Source: Octopus vulgaris
Taxonomy: Eukaryota
Reading direction: 5' to 3'
Length of the DNA stretch: 64,000 nt
Assembly (NCBI GenBank): GCA_951406725.2
Contig: OX597834.1
Location: 8,556,001 to 8,620,000, forward strand
Made by a program: the position numbers and the translations under genes. Under the pieces are notes generated by a model. It made no database searches. It saw nothing but the letters and a program-made list of their open reading frames with translations, and was not told where the DNA came from. Below, piece by piece: positions 13,700 through 26,289 of the stretch (positions are counted from its first letter, which is position 1; each line of letters opens with the position of its first letter).

Positions 13700-14263
13700 A
13701 GTATCAATGAACATTGCCTATAATTGATTTACTTCACACAAAATTCAAATTAAAAAACATGTACAGTAATAACGTTTGCATCATGAGTATCTTGGGTGGA
13801 AGATCGTCCGGGCACCGTGGACGGATGTAATAACACCAGATGTAATGCACAGTGCAAAAGAGCCTAAACATGTGATGTAAGATGCTTCACATGTTCCCAT
13901 ATTTACATTTTATTTTCGCTTCAAGTCATATGCTGGCACTGTGGTTCTAGCAGTCCAGACACATTTGATAAAGCCAAATATGTGCGAACTGCTAAAATTA
14001 TAGGTTAGCAGGGTGGTGAAAGTATGTTATACATTCTCATTATACTGGAATTTATTAGTATATATGTGTGTGTCGTCACAGCAATATTAATTTCCGTATT
14101 AATGTCTGACATTAGTAATCGACCCACTCTGGGAGGTATTTGTCGGAAATTTAATTTTTAAATATCTATTTTGTGGAAGCTATGACGAAATTAAATCGAT
14201 GTATGTATATATAAGTTGCTTTACGCACGAGCCTATACACTCGTATAAACACACACACACTTA

Positions 14264-14326
<63 letters not shown>

Positions 14327-14922
14327 TAAGAAAGTGGAGATAAAATTGATAATTGATAAGCCTCAATTATTATTTATGGATTCAGAAAAGACAATATCAC
14401 ATCTAACAGCTGTTTCTGTTAGCGCTTAATTCGGTTTAATTATTAAAATAACTCTAATTGTTACGTTTAATAATTATAACAACTTAAATAGTGGAACTTC
14501 CTCAAAGCAGAAAAAATATAAAAAAAAGAAAGAGAAAATAAGGATATACCAATTGACGCTATATGCTATCCCTCTGAAAGCTTTCGAGCCATTGAAAACT
14601 TTAGTCATACAATTAGAATAGTTATAATATTTAGGGGTTTTTGCCTCTCTACGGGGGGAAAGGCTACTACAGGCGTTCGTTCAATACACACCAACATGAA
14701 AGACTTCTACATTGTAGCTTGAACTGATAGAAATGGCGCCCTAATTCCCCTCAATTCTAAGTAACTGATTGACGTTCCCTGCAACATACTTCAAGTATGG
14801 ACCCAAACGAATTTATTCTCTCATGACATTCAGAGACTTGGACATATTTTGATAAAAGTTTCTACAAATAACCTTCAGGTTGTTTAGATTTGGATTACAT
14901 CGAAATTTGAAATACATATATA

Positions 14923-15088
14923 GGCGTAGGAGTCGCCGTGTGGTAAGTAGATTGCTTACGAACCACATTGTTCTGGGTTCAGTCCCACTGCGTGGCACCT
15001 TGAGCAGGTGTCTTCTACTATAGCAGACCAAAGCCTTGTGAATGTATTTGGTAGACGGAAACTGAAAGAAGCCCGTCGCATATATATC

Positions 15089-15130
<42 letters not shown>

Positions 15131-15176
15131 TGTATGTATGTATGTATATATATATATATATGTATATGTGTGTATG

Positions 15177-15216
<40 letters not shown>

Positions 15217-15490
15217 CATGTATGTATGTATGTATGTATATATATATATATATGTATATGTGTGTATGTATATATATATATATGTGCGTGTGTGTGTGTG
15301 TGTGTGTCTGTGTTTGTACCGCCAACATCGCTTAACTTAGTGGTACGGTAAATGTGACCGATAGAGCAAGTACTAGGTTTACAAAGAAATAAGTCCTCGG
15401 GTCGATTTGTTCGACTAAAGTCTGTGTTTCAGCATGGCCACAGTAAAATGACTGAAACACGTAAGAGAGAGAAAAGAGAAAAAGAGAGTA
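14923..15490 (+). mobile_element. SINE family A, full length with expanded internal microsatellite
   Basis: Head ggcgtaggagtcgccgtgtggtaag, internal (TA)/(TG)/(TGTA) tract of about 230 nt, tail gaaaagagaaaagagag. Confidence 0.92.
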
Positions 15491-15692
15491 TTTATGTGTG
15501 ATATTCCACCACTGTGTATTTCCATATAAAACTATGACTTAATCGTAACCTACATACGATGAAAACTATTTGTCAAGAGCTTCATTTCTTAAAATTACTC
15601 ATTTTCCGAAGGTTATGAGGAAAAAACCTGATCGTGTGAACGTTCTGAAATTTCCTTCCTAAATTTCCTGGAAATCGTTGTTTCAAATCATA

Positions 15693-16088
15693 TCTTTATA
15701 TATAAAAGTGAAGTTGTGTGTCTGTCTCCTACGATTTAGATTCCTAACTTCTCCCACATTTTGCGGTGCAGTTTAACCAAAACCGGGTATCTTATAGTCG
15801 TGATTCATATCGAGCCCTTCTGGGTATTAGCGCGCGTCTACGATGAGTCTACGATTAAAAAAAAAATTACTATCGTTATTTTCCATTTTAATGCATTTTT
15901 CGCTATTATATAAGGGAAGTAACTCTCTAAAAATGTCTACGATGAGTCAACGATTTAAGAAAAAATTTACCATTATTTGTTTTCCATTTTTATTGCATTT
16001 TTTGGCTATTTTTTGGCTATAACTCTCTAAAAATGCTTATAGAGTTATTTCCCTTACAAACCCGAGCAACGCCGGGCGATACTGCTAG
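15693..16088 (+). mobile_element. Complete non-autonomous Helitron (396 bp)
   Basis: 5' end a|TCTTTATATATAAAAGTG; GC hairpin cccgagcaacgccggg at 16061-16076; 3' end CTAG|t. It sits between A and T with no TSD and contains an internal duplication of the ctacgatgagtc block. Confidence 0.9.
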
Positions 16089-16504
16089 TTTAGATAAAAT
16101 CGAAATGTACATCATCTGGAGCATATTAGTGAAAAATACACTTACAAATTTCCATTTTTGTAGAGATTATGAAGGAATTAAATCGGTGGGATCTATTGGT
16201 ATGTATATTTTCATTGCTTTAAGAAAATTTATACTACCATTGCATTACTCCGCTTCAATTTCACGTATTGTGTAACAGTATTGCAGTATATAACTGCATG
16301 CTATATATAAACAAAGAATATAGTTATTTCGTTTAATTCGCCGCAAATGGGTGACAATAATGTGAATAAGATGGGCTCAATATTCGGCAATACGTAAGTG
16401 TAAAAAGGTGAAATGGAATTACGATGATACTATGCTTAGTGACAAATTATAACTTAAATCAAAAGTGCAACGTAGAATGTGTTCTTCTGTGTATATATAT
16501 ATAT

Positions 16505-16919
16505 ACTCTTACTCTTTTACTCTTTTACTTGCTTCAGTCATTTGATTGCGGCCATGCTGGAGCACCACCTTCAGTCGAACAATTCGACCCCGGGACTTAT
16601 TCTTTGTAAGCCCAGTACTTATTCTATCGGTTTATTTTGCCGAACCGCTAAGTGACGGGGACGTAAACACACCAGCATCGGTTGTCAAGCAATGCTAGGG
16701 GGACAAACACAGACACACAAACACACGCACACACATATATATATATACATATATACGACAGGTTTCTTTCAGTTTCCGTCTACCAAATCCACTCACAAGA
16801 TATTGGTCAGCACGGGGTTATAGCAGAAGACACTTGCCCAAGATGCCACGCAGTGGGACTGAACCCGCAACCATGTAGTTGGTTAGAAAGCTACTTACCA
16901 CACAGCCACTCCTGCGCCT
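16505..16919 (-). mobile_element. SINE family A, full length, inserted in (TA)n
   Basis: actcttactcttttactc...cacagccactcctgcgcc is the reverse complement of the family A consensus seen elsewhere in the window. Confidence 0.95.
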
Positions 16920-16966
16920 ATATGTATATATATGTATATATATATATAGCTTTTTTCCGATTGCCG

Positions 16967-17027
16967 GATAACTGAAGAGATGGCGGTGTGGATTTCCACC
17001 CCGAAATTAGAAACTCGGAGTTTTATC
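16967..17027 (+). ncRNA. Type I hammerhead-ribozyme-like motif in a fragment flanked by (TA)n
   Basis: gataa-CTGAAGA-[31 nt with internal hairpin]-GAAA-ctcggag-TT-ttatc. Stem I is gataa/ttatc and stem III is actc/gagt; the closing pair of stem II is imperfect. Confidence 0.6.
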
Positions 17028-17136
17028 ATGGCTAACGAATGATTGTCACATATTACATTTACAGATACATTACATTATATCGAGGTATCTTTCTTTGTTT
17101 TGTTGTCTTACCATTTTTATCAATATATATATATGT

Positions 17137-17204
<68 letters not shown>

Positions 17205-17519
17205 TTATACATATATGTAACTGTGTGTGTGTGTGTGTGCGTCTGTGTGTGTGTGTGATTATTAAAATCCATCGGCAATATCTATGTAGTTAATATTTCA
17301 TTGCTTATAAATGCACGTTATTTTAGCATAATTATCTCTCAGCTCATAGCTGTGTTTTAAATTCCCCATCATTGTTGGCAGGACACCATTCATGTTGCAT
17401 CTATTTCCAGCATACTTTCCATATGCACACTATGTATATACTTATGCATGCACACTATAGGTATATAATCCAATGTTAAATATGCTATCTTTTAGATGGC
17501 TTGTTCACACTAACGTATG

Positions 17520-17543
17520 GGTTTGTGTCTGTGTGTCTGTGTG

Positions 17544-17576
<33 letters not shown>

Positions 17577-17800
17577 CTTTGTAGTTGAGGTTGTCACCAC
17601 CACTTCTTGAACCGCAGTGTTGAATTATTTACGTCCCTCTAACCTAGCAGTTCGGCAAAATTGCTGATAGAATAAGTACCAGGATTACACAGAAGAGACA
17701 AAAAAACTGGTGTTCGAATCATTGAACTATAAGTTTCGTGAAGGTGGATACCTCAACATGGCCGCAATCCAACGACTAAAACAGAAAGCAGGGAAAAGAA
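17520..17800 (+). mobile_element. SINE family A, diverged 3' half
   Basis: (TG)n..acgtccctctaacctagcagttcggcaaaa..gatagaataagtacc..catggccgcaatc. Confidence 0.75.
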
Positions 17801-18183
17801 AAAGGAAATGGTAACCTTGTGACAATGTATTCCTAAATATTCTAAATAGTTTGTACTTGAATACAGTCTGTCCTACAGTGTAAACAACTATGTCCCATAA
17901 AGAACTTCTGTGACATGACAAATTTCAGGGTGTTAAACCACCGCAAGAATACAAGAATATAAACTTGGCCATATTATTTTTAAAGAAACATTTTCCATTC
18001 GCACACATTTTAATGCAAATCATATGTATTTTTAACAGACAATATTTTTATTTTCATACCTCGTCTTTATATAAAATCTATTCCTATTTTTACTATTCCA
18101 GATGCATCTATTTTTACTGGAATATTTCTTTATTTTCTTATCAACTTCTAAATTTTATTTCTATTTCGTTTGTAGTCATATAC

Positions 18184-18220
<37 letters not shown>

Positions 18221-18250
18221 TACCGTTCTTTTGTTCAGTTTATGTATCCC

Positions 18251-18333
<83 letters not shown>

Positions 18334-18899
18334 CATATAGATATCTGTGTATGGTGTATAGCGATATATATAAATGTAGACATACATATAGGAATGATAT
18401 TCTCCTCTACTGTTGCTTATATACTTCGCACTATTCGCTGTGATTCCATTATGTATTAAATAATATTTTGAGTTTAATGGTTCTGTTATAACAAATGACT
18501 AAAAAAAGATCAAAAACAGCAGTCTTTATTTGTCTGTCAGTGAGAACTGGCATGTTCTAAGCAATGTCATATTAATATAACACTTTTTTATATATCTACC
18601 TAATATATGAGTTGTGTCTAGTCGTGCTATTTTCTCTAAGCTGGTAATTTAAATCTTGGCCTTTTTGTTATATCTTCATATTCATCTTTTTTTTCTTTCT
18701 ATTATTATTTCCAAGGCACTTAATATTCTAGAGATTCTGTCTGTTTCAAATCTCAGAATTCGGTTATGAATGCTCTCGATACTTTATTTTTTATAGCTTC
18801 TTCATTCCGTTTCAAGATATATTGTCGTTCCATTGAAGTTGAAGCATTGATTTGGAAACCTGTCCCATCCTGACCGTTTTCCACTATACTATCTAGACG

Positions 18900-19600
18900 A
18901 TATATCTTAATCTTCTACGCTAGGGTACTTGTTATTATTGGAATTGTTTCTCTTTCCTATTCTTGCCTAGTAGTTATCACTCTTTCCAGATCTTTACTTT
19001 TATATATATTTTCTAAGTTTTTCAGAAATATATTGTTATACTTTGAATCTAAAACATCGATTACGTGATTTCCCATCTTGGTGTTTTCTAACAATTATAT
19101 CGATGAGCTTCTTTTTTTTTTTTTTTCTAATATCTCTATATTAAATGGTATGTTACCGAGAATGATCTCTGAAACCTTGTCTGCTGTATGATTGTTCTGT
19201 CTCCTCTCCGTAGTTATTTAATAATGCCTACAGTTATAAAATATGTGTTGGACTATCTTGTACTGCCAGTATCTTATATAACATCTAATTTTTGGCTCTA
19301 TGCATTCCTATGCATTTGATTCTATTTTACGAATTAATCGAACGCACGTGTAATTTTCTTCCCTTATATATTCTTTCGTTTCTTTGTGAAGAGTGTGTAC
19401 AAACTAGTTTATTAATTCATATGTGGTAGCGTGTCTCTGTTGCGTCTGAACATCTTATCTTTGTTTCGTTATCTAATATGATGTTAATGTATTAATGTAT
19501 TTAATTAAATTTCCTGTCTTCATGGTTGCCTTGGTGCAGTTTTCCGCGCCAGACATTACATCAATTCTTTGTTTTCTGGGAAAGCAGGATATCACTTGTT
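18900..19600 (-). mobile_element. Decayed non-LTR retrotransposon with restriction-like endonuclease (R4/Dong-like) C-terminus
   Basis: The minus strand gives IRCSDATETRYHI (remnant of the CCHC region), then DIIVRKHQDGKS / VIDVLDSKYNNIFLKNLENIYKSKDLERVITTRQE*ERETIPIITSTLA. This matches RPDIVV.D..EK.C.LIDV..P.D.N...KE.EK..KY.DL..E..R.W...T.TIPI.VGALG. Confidence 0.7.
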
Positions 19601-20388
19601 AATTATCTGCAACGCATAACTTCTATCCAAAACTACTCTTCGTTAGAAAATTAGTTAAATGTGTCGACGGCAAGTATATAAGAAATAATTAGAAAGTGAG
19701 CGTCCTTGAAATACTCTTCTTGGAAAAAGTATGGGAATTTTTTCTTAAAATTCTGTAGAAATATATTCTACGTTTTTATTATGTTTCCTATAACGGCGCA
19801 ATGTTGGGTTCACATTTTGGCTAAGGCCAGCGATTCCGTGGGAGACAATAAGCCGATTAAGCGCTCAATGAGTACTCATGAACATCTAGAATTTGAATGG
19901 AGTAAGGCCGTAGACCTTAGCATCCAAAACAGAAAATGATGTTGACATACACATTGAAGTAAAGTTCATTCATTGATTTACACCAGAGAAGGCTTAAGTA
20001 ATAGAAACGTTAAACGCTGCAATAAATGTCAGAATCTGAGGGTCCAAATGCGTTGCGTATAAAAAAAGTGTCTGTCACTCGTAAGAGAGATGGAAGATGA
20101 TATACAATGCTTAAGTAATCGCTTATGACACCTGTGTTACGTGAGCAGTCACACGCTTGATGATCCTCTTTACATGAATGTGTTTATCCTAATTTTTTAT
20201 ATCTTATGGAATTAGAAATAAATCTTAAAATTCCCCAAGTTTAATATTGAATTACGAATTTTACGCGCTCTTCTACATTCGAATCGTTTGTTTCATTAGA
20301 GATCTTTTTTAAGTTCACTACGAAGAATATATTATATTTATATCTAAACTGTTGAGCGCCTATGCGGCATGAAAGAAATAAAAATATA

Positions 20389-20840
20389 GGCGCAGGAGTG
20401 GCTGTGTGGTAAGTAGTTTGTTTACCAACCACATTGTTCCGAGTTCAGTCACACTGCGTGTCACCTTGGGCAAGTTTCTTCTACTATAGCTTCGTGAGTG
20501 GATTTGGTAGACGGAAACTGAAGGAAGCCCGTCGTATGTATGTATATATATAAATATATGTGTGTGTGTGGGGGTGGGTGTGTGTGTGGGTGGGTGTGTG
20601 TGTGGGTGGGTGTGTGTGCGTAAATGTTTGTGTATCTGTGTTTGTCCCCCCAACATCGTTTGACAACCGATGCTGGTGTGTTTACGTCCCCATAACTTAG
20701 CGGTTCGGCAAAAGAGACCGATAGAATGAGTACTAGGCTTACAAAGAATAAGTCCTGGGGTCGATTTGCTCGACTAAAGGCGGTGCTCCAGCATGGCTGC
20801 AGTCAAATAACTGAAACGAGTAAAAGAGTAAAAGAGAGTA
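20389..20840 (+). mobile_element. SINE family A, followed by diverged family B copies (20853-21145)
   Basis: ggcgcaggagtggctgtgtggtaag...gtaaaagagtaaaagagag, then ggtggcgaagtggcagaatcgctagcacgccgg. Confidence 0.92.
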
Positions 20841-21174
20841 TTGTTATACAGGGTGGCGAAGTGGCAGAATCGCTAGCACGCCGGACAAAATGCTTAGTAG
20901 CAATTCATCTGTCTCTACGTTCTAAGTTCCGAACCCGCCGAGATCGACTTCGACTTTCATCGTTTTCTGGTCGATAAAATAAATACCAGTTGAACACTAG
21001 GATTGATGTCATCTACTTAACACCTTCTCCGAAATTACTGGCCTTGTGCCAATATTTGAAATCGTAATTAATATTATTATCAAGGCAGACAACTGACGGG
21101 ATCGTTAGTACTCCGGACGAAATGCTTAGCGGCATTTCATCCGTAATTTACAAAATATGACTTGCTCAGAAGAA

Positions 21175-21830
21175 ACAGCAATGGATGTGCAAATTGCGTC
21201 AATAGGATGCATGTGCGAAGTGCTGTGATAAACATGGCCGTGCACTCTGAAGCAGAATGGACTTTGTCCTTGTGGGTCATCTATGATGTGAGTACCAGTA
21301 GATGCGAAAGATAGAGCAGAGTTATATGACCTTATATTTTCCTTGAAGTTAGCATAATGTGGATGTTGAAGATCTGACCACAGAGATCGTAAGTATCATT
21401 CTTAGATATTCTTTCCTCTTTGCTATTTGCTTTTCTGCTTCATCTTGTCGCCTTTGTGATGCTCTCTTTCTCAGATCTCTCCTCTCTGCTCCTTGCTCTT
21501 CCGTTTCATCTCGTCGCCTTTGTGATGCTCCCATTCTTAGATCTGTTCTCCTCTCTGCTGAATGCTCTTCCGTTTCATCTCGTCGCCTTTATGATGCTCC
21601 TATTCTTAGATCTTCTCTCCTCTCTACTGTTTACTGTTCCATTTCACCTTGGTACTTTTGTGCTACACTCTATCTTTCGATATCTGTCCTTGTGTAATGA
21701 GGTTCTCCTTTTCATTTTCACATCTTCGAGCCTGTCGTCGTGCATCATGTGATCTTCTCTCTTGTCTCATTTCTTGTGATTGACTTTAAATTTTCTTCTA
21801 TTTTTTAATCTTCGCGCGTTCATTTCATTC
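21175..21830 (-). mobile_element. Helitron Rep/helicase N-terminal coding remnant
   Basis: The minus strand from 21353 reads ANFKENIRSYNSALSFASTGTHIIDDPQGQSPFCFRVHGHVYHSTSHMHP, matching the Helitron motif NF..NIR.YNSA.AFAS.G......G.GPY.FRIHGQ.YH..G.L.P. Upstream are charged 66/69-bp repeats (RRDETEEQ...). Confidence 0.85.
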
Positions 21831-22030
21831 TGAGTGACACTGGCTGTTCCTCGCCTTTGTCTATGTCTGGCCAACAGCCGCCTTCAGTCTATTCCATTTT
21901 CCATACCAGAAGAAAGAGTATCAGTGAATGGAAAACAAACACTATACACCGTAAATAAGTTATTAGAGTACGGATGACTAAAAACTGTAAATTGATAACA
22001 CAGAGAAGTAAAGAATACGCACACCTGGTG

Positions 22031-22124
22031 TTTAGGGTTAGGGTTAAGGCTAGGATTTAGGGTTAGATTTAGCGTTTAGGTTTAGGATTAGGGATAGGGT
22101 TTACGGTTAGGAATATGGTTGGGG
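22031..22124 (+). repeat. Degenerate interstitial (TTAGGG)n-like tract
   Basis: tttagggttagggttaaggctaggatttagggttagatttagcgtttaggtttaggattagggatagggtttacggttagg. Confidence 0.85.
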
Positions 22125-22202
22125 TAACGCCGAATATGGATGGTGTGCATATTATTTACCTCCACCAACGAATACAGTATACAGTAAATAAGTTATAGGA
22201 TT

Positions 22203-22258
22203 ACTGATAACTAAAGTTATCAGTGAACTGATAACTAAAGTTATCAGTGAACTGATAA
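22203..22258. repeat. 24-bp tandem repeat of a hairpin (2.3 units)
   Basis: actgataact-aa-agttatcagt-ga twice, plus actgataa. Confidence 0.9.
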
Positions 22259-22526
22259 AAAATATTATATACTGTAGATATACACATAAACATTGAAACC
22301 AATATACTAGAGAAAGTGGTCTTCGTAAAATGCAAACAAAATATTTCCGCTCTGAAAGGAGAGGCCTTTGCAGGCGACGCTCTCTCCGCCACTTCCTCTC
22401 TTTCTCTCATTTCTATTATTTTCTCTCACCCCCTCTCAGTCATGTCCTTCACTAAACTACTATTTTCTCTTCACTCCCTTCACTTATACTACTCTTCAAC
22501 TTCCTCTAACCAACACAGTGAATTTG

Positions 22527-22610
<84 letters not shown>

Positions 22611-22827
22611 CCGGAGTAAACACATGAATGTGAAACAAGGTGGTAAGAAGAGTACTGAAATACCAGTGGTAGAGTAAATATGCTTTATTTCAAGCAGCAG
22701 AAAATTCAACAAAACCTGTTACTCTGAGTTTCCATATCGGTTCCATTCTAGCAAAAACTGTCCGACGAACGAAAACGGGAACCTCAGAGTAACAGGTTTT
22801 ATTGAATTTTCTGCTGCTTTAAATAAA

Positions 22828-22830
<3 letters not shown>
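22611..22830. mobile_element. Fold-back element inside (TA)n with a degenerate hammerhead motif (22758-22795), probable PLE terminal repeat
   Basis: Arms at about 22678-22733 and 22778-22832 are reverse complements. The motif reads ctgt-CCGACGA-acgaaaacgg-GAAc-ctcagag-TA-acag, with stem I ctgt/acag. Confidence 0.75.
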
Positions 22831-22889
<59 letters not shown>

Positions 22890-23055
22890 ATATATAAAAA
22901 CACAACGCTTATATTATATTAGGAGATTCATTGTATTTATATGTATCTCTATCTATCTTACTGGGTATCGGTCTATATACCTATCTATCCACCTCCCTCC
23001 CTTACATATATATGTATATATGTGTATATATGTAGATATATGAATGCGTGTATGC

Positions 23056-23111
<56 letters not shown>

Positions 23112-23269
23112 GTGTATGTATGTGACTATATATATATATATATATATGTGTCTCTGTGTGTTTGTATTTGTTCAAGTATACATATATATGCATATATGTT
23201 TGTTATATTCAAACTCATTTGTGTTCTTTTCACATAATATTGTGTATTATTTAATATATATATATATAA

Positions 23270-23327
<58 letters not shown>

Positions 23328-23384
23328 ATATATATATATATAGTCGTTGGTTTTATGTGCATATACGAATATATGTATTCTTTT

Positions 23385-24170
23385 GTTCTATTTTTTCAGA
23401 TGATTGACTGCTGCCATGCTGATGCACCACCTTTCGTCTTCAAATCAACCTTATCGGTGTCGTTTGCCGAATCCCTAAGTTATGGGGACGCATACACACT
23501 AACAGCGGTTGTCAAGTGATGGGGACGGGACAAACACAGACACAAAGACATTCAAGCATATATGTATATACGACGGGCTTCTTTTAGTTTCCGTCTAACA
23601 AATCCAATCACAATTCTTTAGGTAGCCCGTGTTTATAATAGTAGACACTTGCCCAAGACATCACGCAGAGGTACTGAACCTGAAACCATGATGTTAGTAA
23701 GCGAGCTTCTTACCGCACAGCCACACCTGCAACTATATATGTGTGTGTGTATGTCTGTTTGTATGTATATGTATGTGAGTGGCTGTGTGGTAAGTAGCTT
23801 GCTAACCAGCCACATGGTTCCGGGTTCAGTCCCACTACGTGGCATCTTGGGAAAGTGTCTTCTGCTATAGCCCCGGGCCGACCAATGCCTTGTGAGTGGA
23901 TTTGGTAGACGGAAACTGAAAGAAGCCTGTCGTATATATGTATATATATGTATATGTATGTTTGTTTGTGTGTCTGTGTTTGTCCCCCTGGCATTGCTTG
24001 ACAACTGATGCTGGTGTGTTTATGTCCCCGTCACTTAGCGGTTCGGCAAAAGACACCGATAGAATAAGTACTGGGCTTACAAAGAATAAGTCCCGGGCTC
24101 GATTTGTTCGACTAAAGGTGGTGCTCCAGCATGGCCGCAGTCAAATGACTGAAACAAGTAAAAGATAGAA
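23385..24170. mobile_element. Divergently oriented pair of family A SINEs (23385-23730 minus, 23777-24170 plus)
   Basis: Both align to the family A consensus and are separated by a short (TG)/(TATG) tract. Confidence 0.88.
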
Positions 24171-24555
24171 AGATATATAAATATGTATATATACATATAT
24201 TTGCATGTGTCTGTATGTATATGTATATAGACACGTGTGCATGTATAAAGTCTCTGTCCTAAAAGTGTGGCGTACTTCAATCTGAAGTGAAGTAAAGACA
24301 TTTGCACGAATGGGCCATCATATCTGATTTGAATTGATAGCCATTATTCCGACCGGTTAGTAATGGCGTAATTTCTAATGAAATATTTAATCAATCATAT
24401 AAAAAGCCGTTGCATCCACAACTACACACTCACGCTAGCATGTATAAAATAGATAGACACACGGCTACATATACATCCACCATATGTAAATACATGTATG
24501 GGTTTATATATATATACATATATGTATAGGTCCATACATACATACGTATATTTAA

Positions 24556-24681
<126 letters not shown>

Positions 24682-26289
24682 ATGTATATATATATAACTG
24701 TGTATGTTTCTATGTGTTTGTATAACTGCATGTATATAGATTTAGGTGTACTTGTGGAATAGTCTTAATTGCTTTAATGCGCTAATTACTTTATCGCTGA
24801 CATCGTTCAGAACGAAGAGATATGATTTTATCGCGATGACTTCGTACCCACCATATACTCATTAGCTTGCTCTATGAATTAATAATCACCGCATAATCAT
24901 AAATATTTCCTGGTCGTATCGAAGAAAGGATAGCAAAACAATATCGAAGCTTTGTATCTTTGATAACAGCACTTCAATGTTGAAACACATATGTCATGTT
25001 GATTTTGATATTTTTGATATCATTGATGTCATTCACATTTTATCATTGGGCTTAATAATGTATAATACCCTGATGCTATATCACCTCTATATTTTCACTT
25101 CCTTTTTGTTTCGTTTTTATCTTAATTCAATTAATGTCTTTATCCTTGTTGTTTTCAGGTAAATTTTGAAACAAATATATCTTCTTGAGTTCGATTCAAC
25201 TTGATGTCCTTGAGGTCATTACTATATATATCCTGGTGCTTATAACTAAGAAACACGACGTTACTTGAACATTCCCTTTCGATTTCCTTTTTGTTGTTTT
25301 TTCTAATTCAATTTCTACCTTTATCCTTGTATTTTCATCTCAACACAATACAAACTTCAAACTAAAGCATTAAAATCACAAACAACATTATCAATATATC
25401 ACAAAGGCGTCGTTATTTTTTAGACCGAGATCCATCTAGTTCAACGTGACCTATAACACAAATACTTGTCGCTATGAATTTTCCTTCTTTTTTCTGATTG
25501 TATAATACATCCAATATAACATTATTTAATATGTCCTTCCATTTTCAAAACGATAGAATGAGATTTGATGGAGAATTCACAATACATTCTTACAACTCAA
25601 TCTCCACGAATCGGCCCTCATGTTGGGTCGTTAGAATTCTATTGAACAACGCGGTTATAGGAATCAATAAAATATACCGTGGATTGCATGACTGTGTCAC
25701 GATGAATGGCATAGATGTCACAGTCAGCGCCGATTTCATTGTCGTTCCACTGAAATTTCAGCTGGTGAATTTCTGTCTTCGTTTCGTATATACTACGACA
25801 GAACAGACTTTCTAAATATATTTCTCCTATTCTATTTCTCATTCTGTCGGAATTGCTATGAATCAGCTTTGATTGCTCTTGTTAGTTGCATAGCTTAATA
25901 TCCTGTTGTGGTTTCCTTTGATTACAAATACAAGCACGGTGAACTCCTCACAAACTCACACACATTAGACACACTGTCGGAAACAAAAGCAAAAGCACGC
26001 ACACACACAGAGACGTAGCTGTGTTGGAACGAAGCTTGTTTCCAAAACAGATGGTTTCTGGTGTAGTTCAATGCGTGGAAACACGGGCAAGTGTCATCTT
26101 ATACAGTATCAGGCAAACTAGACCAGTTTGAGTGGATATCATAGATAGAAACTGAAACAAGCCGGTCTTATATATAAGACGGATTTGTTTCATTGATACG
26201 TCACCACATTGATACCACAAAACCTCAAAGCATCTCTATTTTCCAGTGTAGTTTTGTCTTAATGACACAGATTCAATATGTGCTAGAAT

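Noticed and set aside
14400-14510. Hammerhead candidates here and at about 9465, 10700, 12970, 31030, 37340, 48620, 59910 and 63525
   Set aside because: Only the GAAA-palindrome half or a broken core is present and stem I does not pair. They may be decayed members of the same group but cannot be supported individually.
22031-22124. True telomere or chromosome-fusion site
   Set aside because: Short, degenerate, in a single orientation and embedded in transposon context.
21430-22258. CRISPR-like array
   Set aside because: The repeats are contiguous tandem units with no unique spacers and no cas genes, in a eukaryotic context.
25140-25220. Splice acceptor ttgttttcag at 25158
   Set aside because: All three downstream frames hit a stop within about 30 nt.
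25420-25950. Possible LTR-retrotransposon integrase remnant (ORF 25639-25842 minus)
   Set aside because: There is only a faint resemblance to the STPYHPQSNG region, so it cannot be assigned or linked to the BEL/Pao element by eye.
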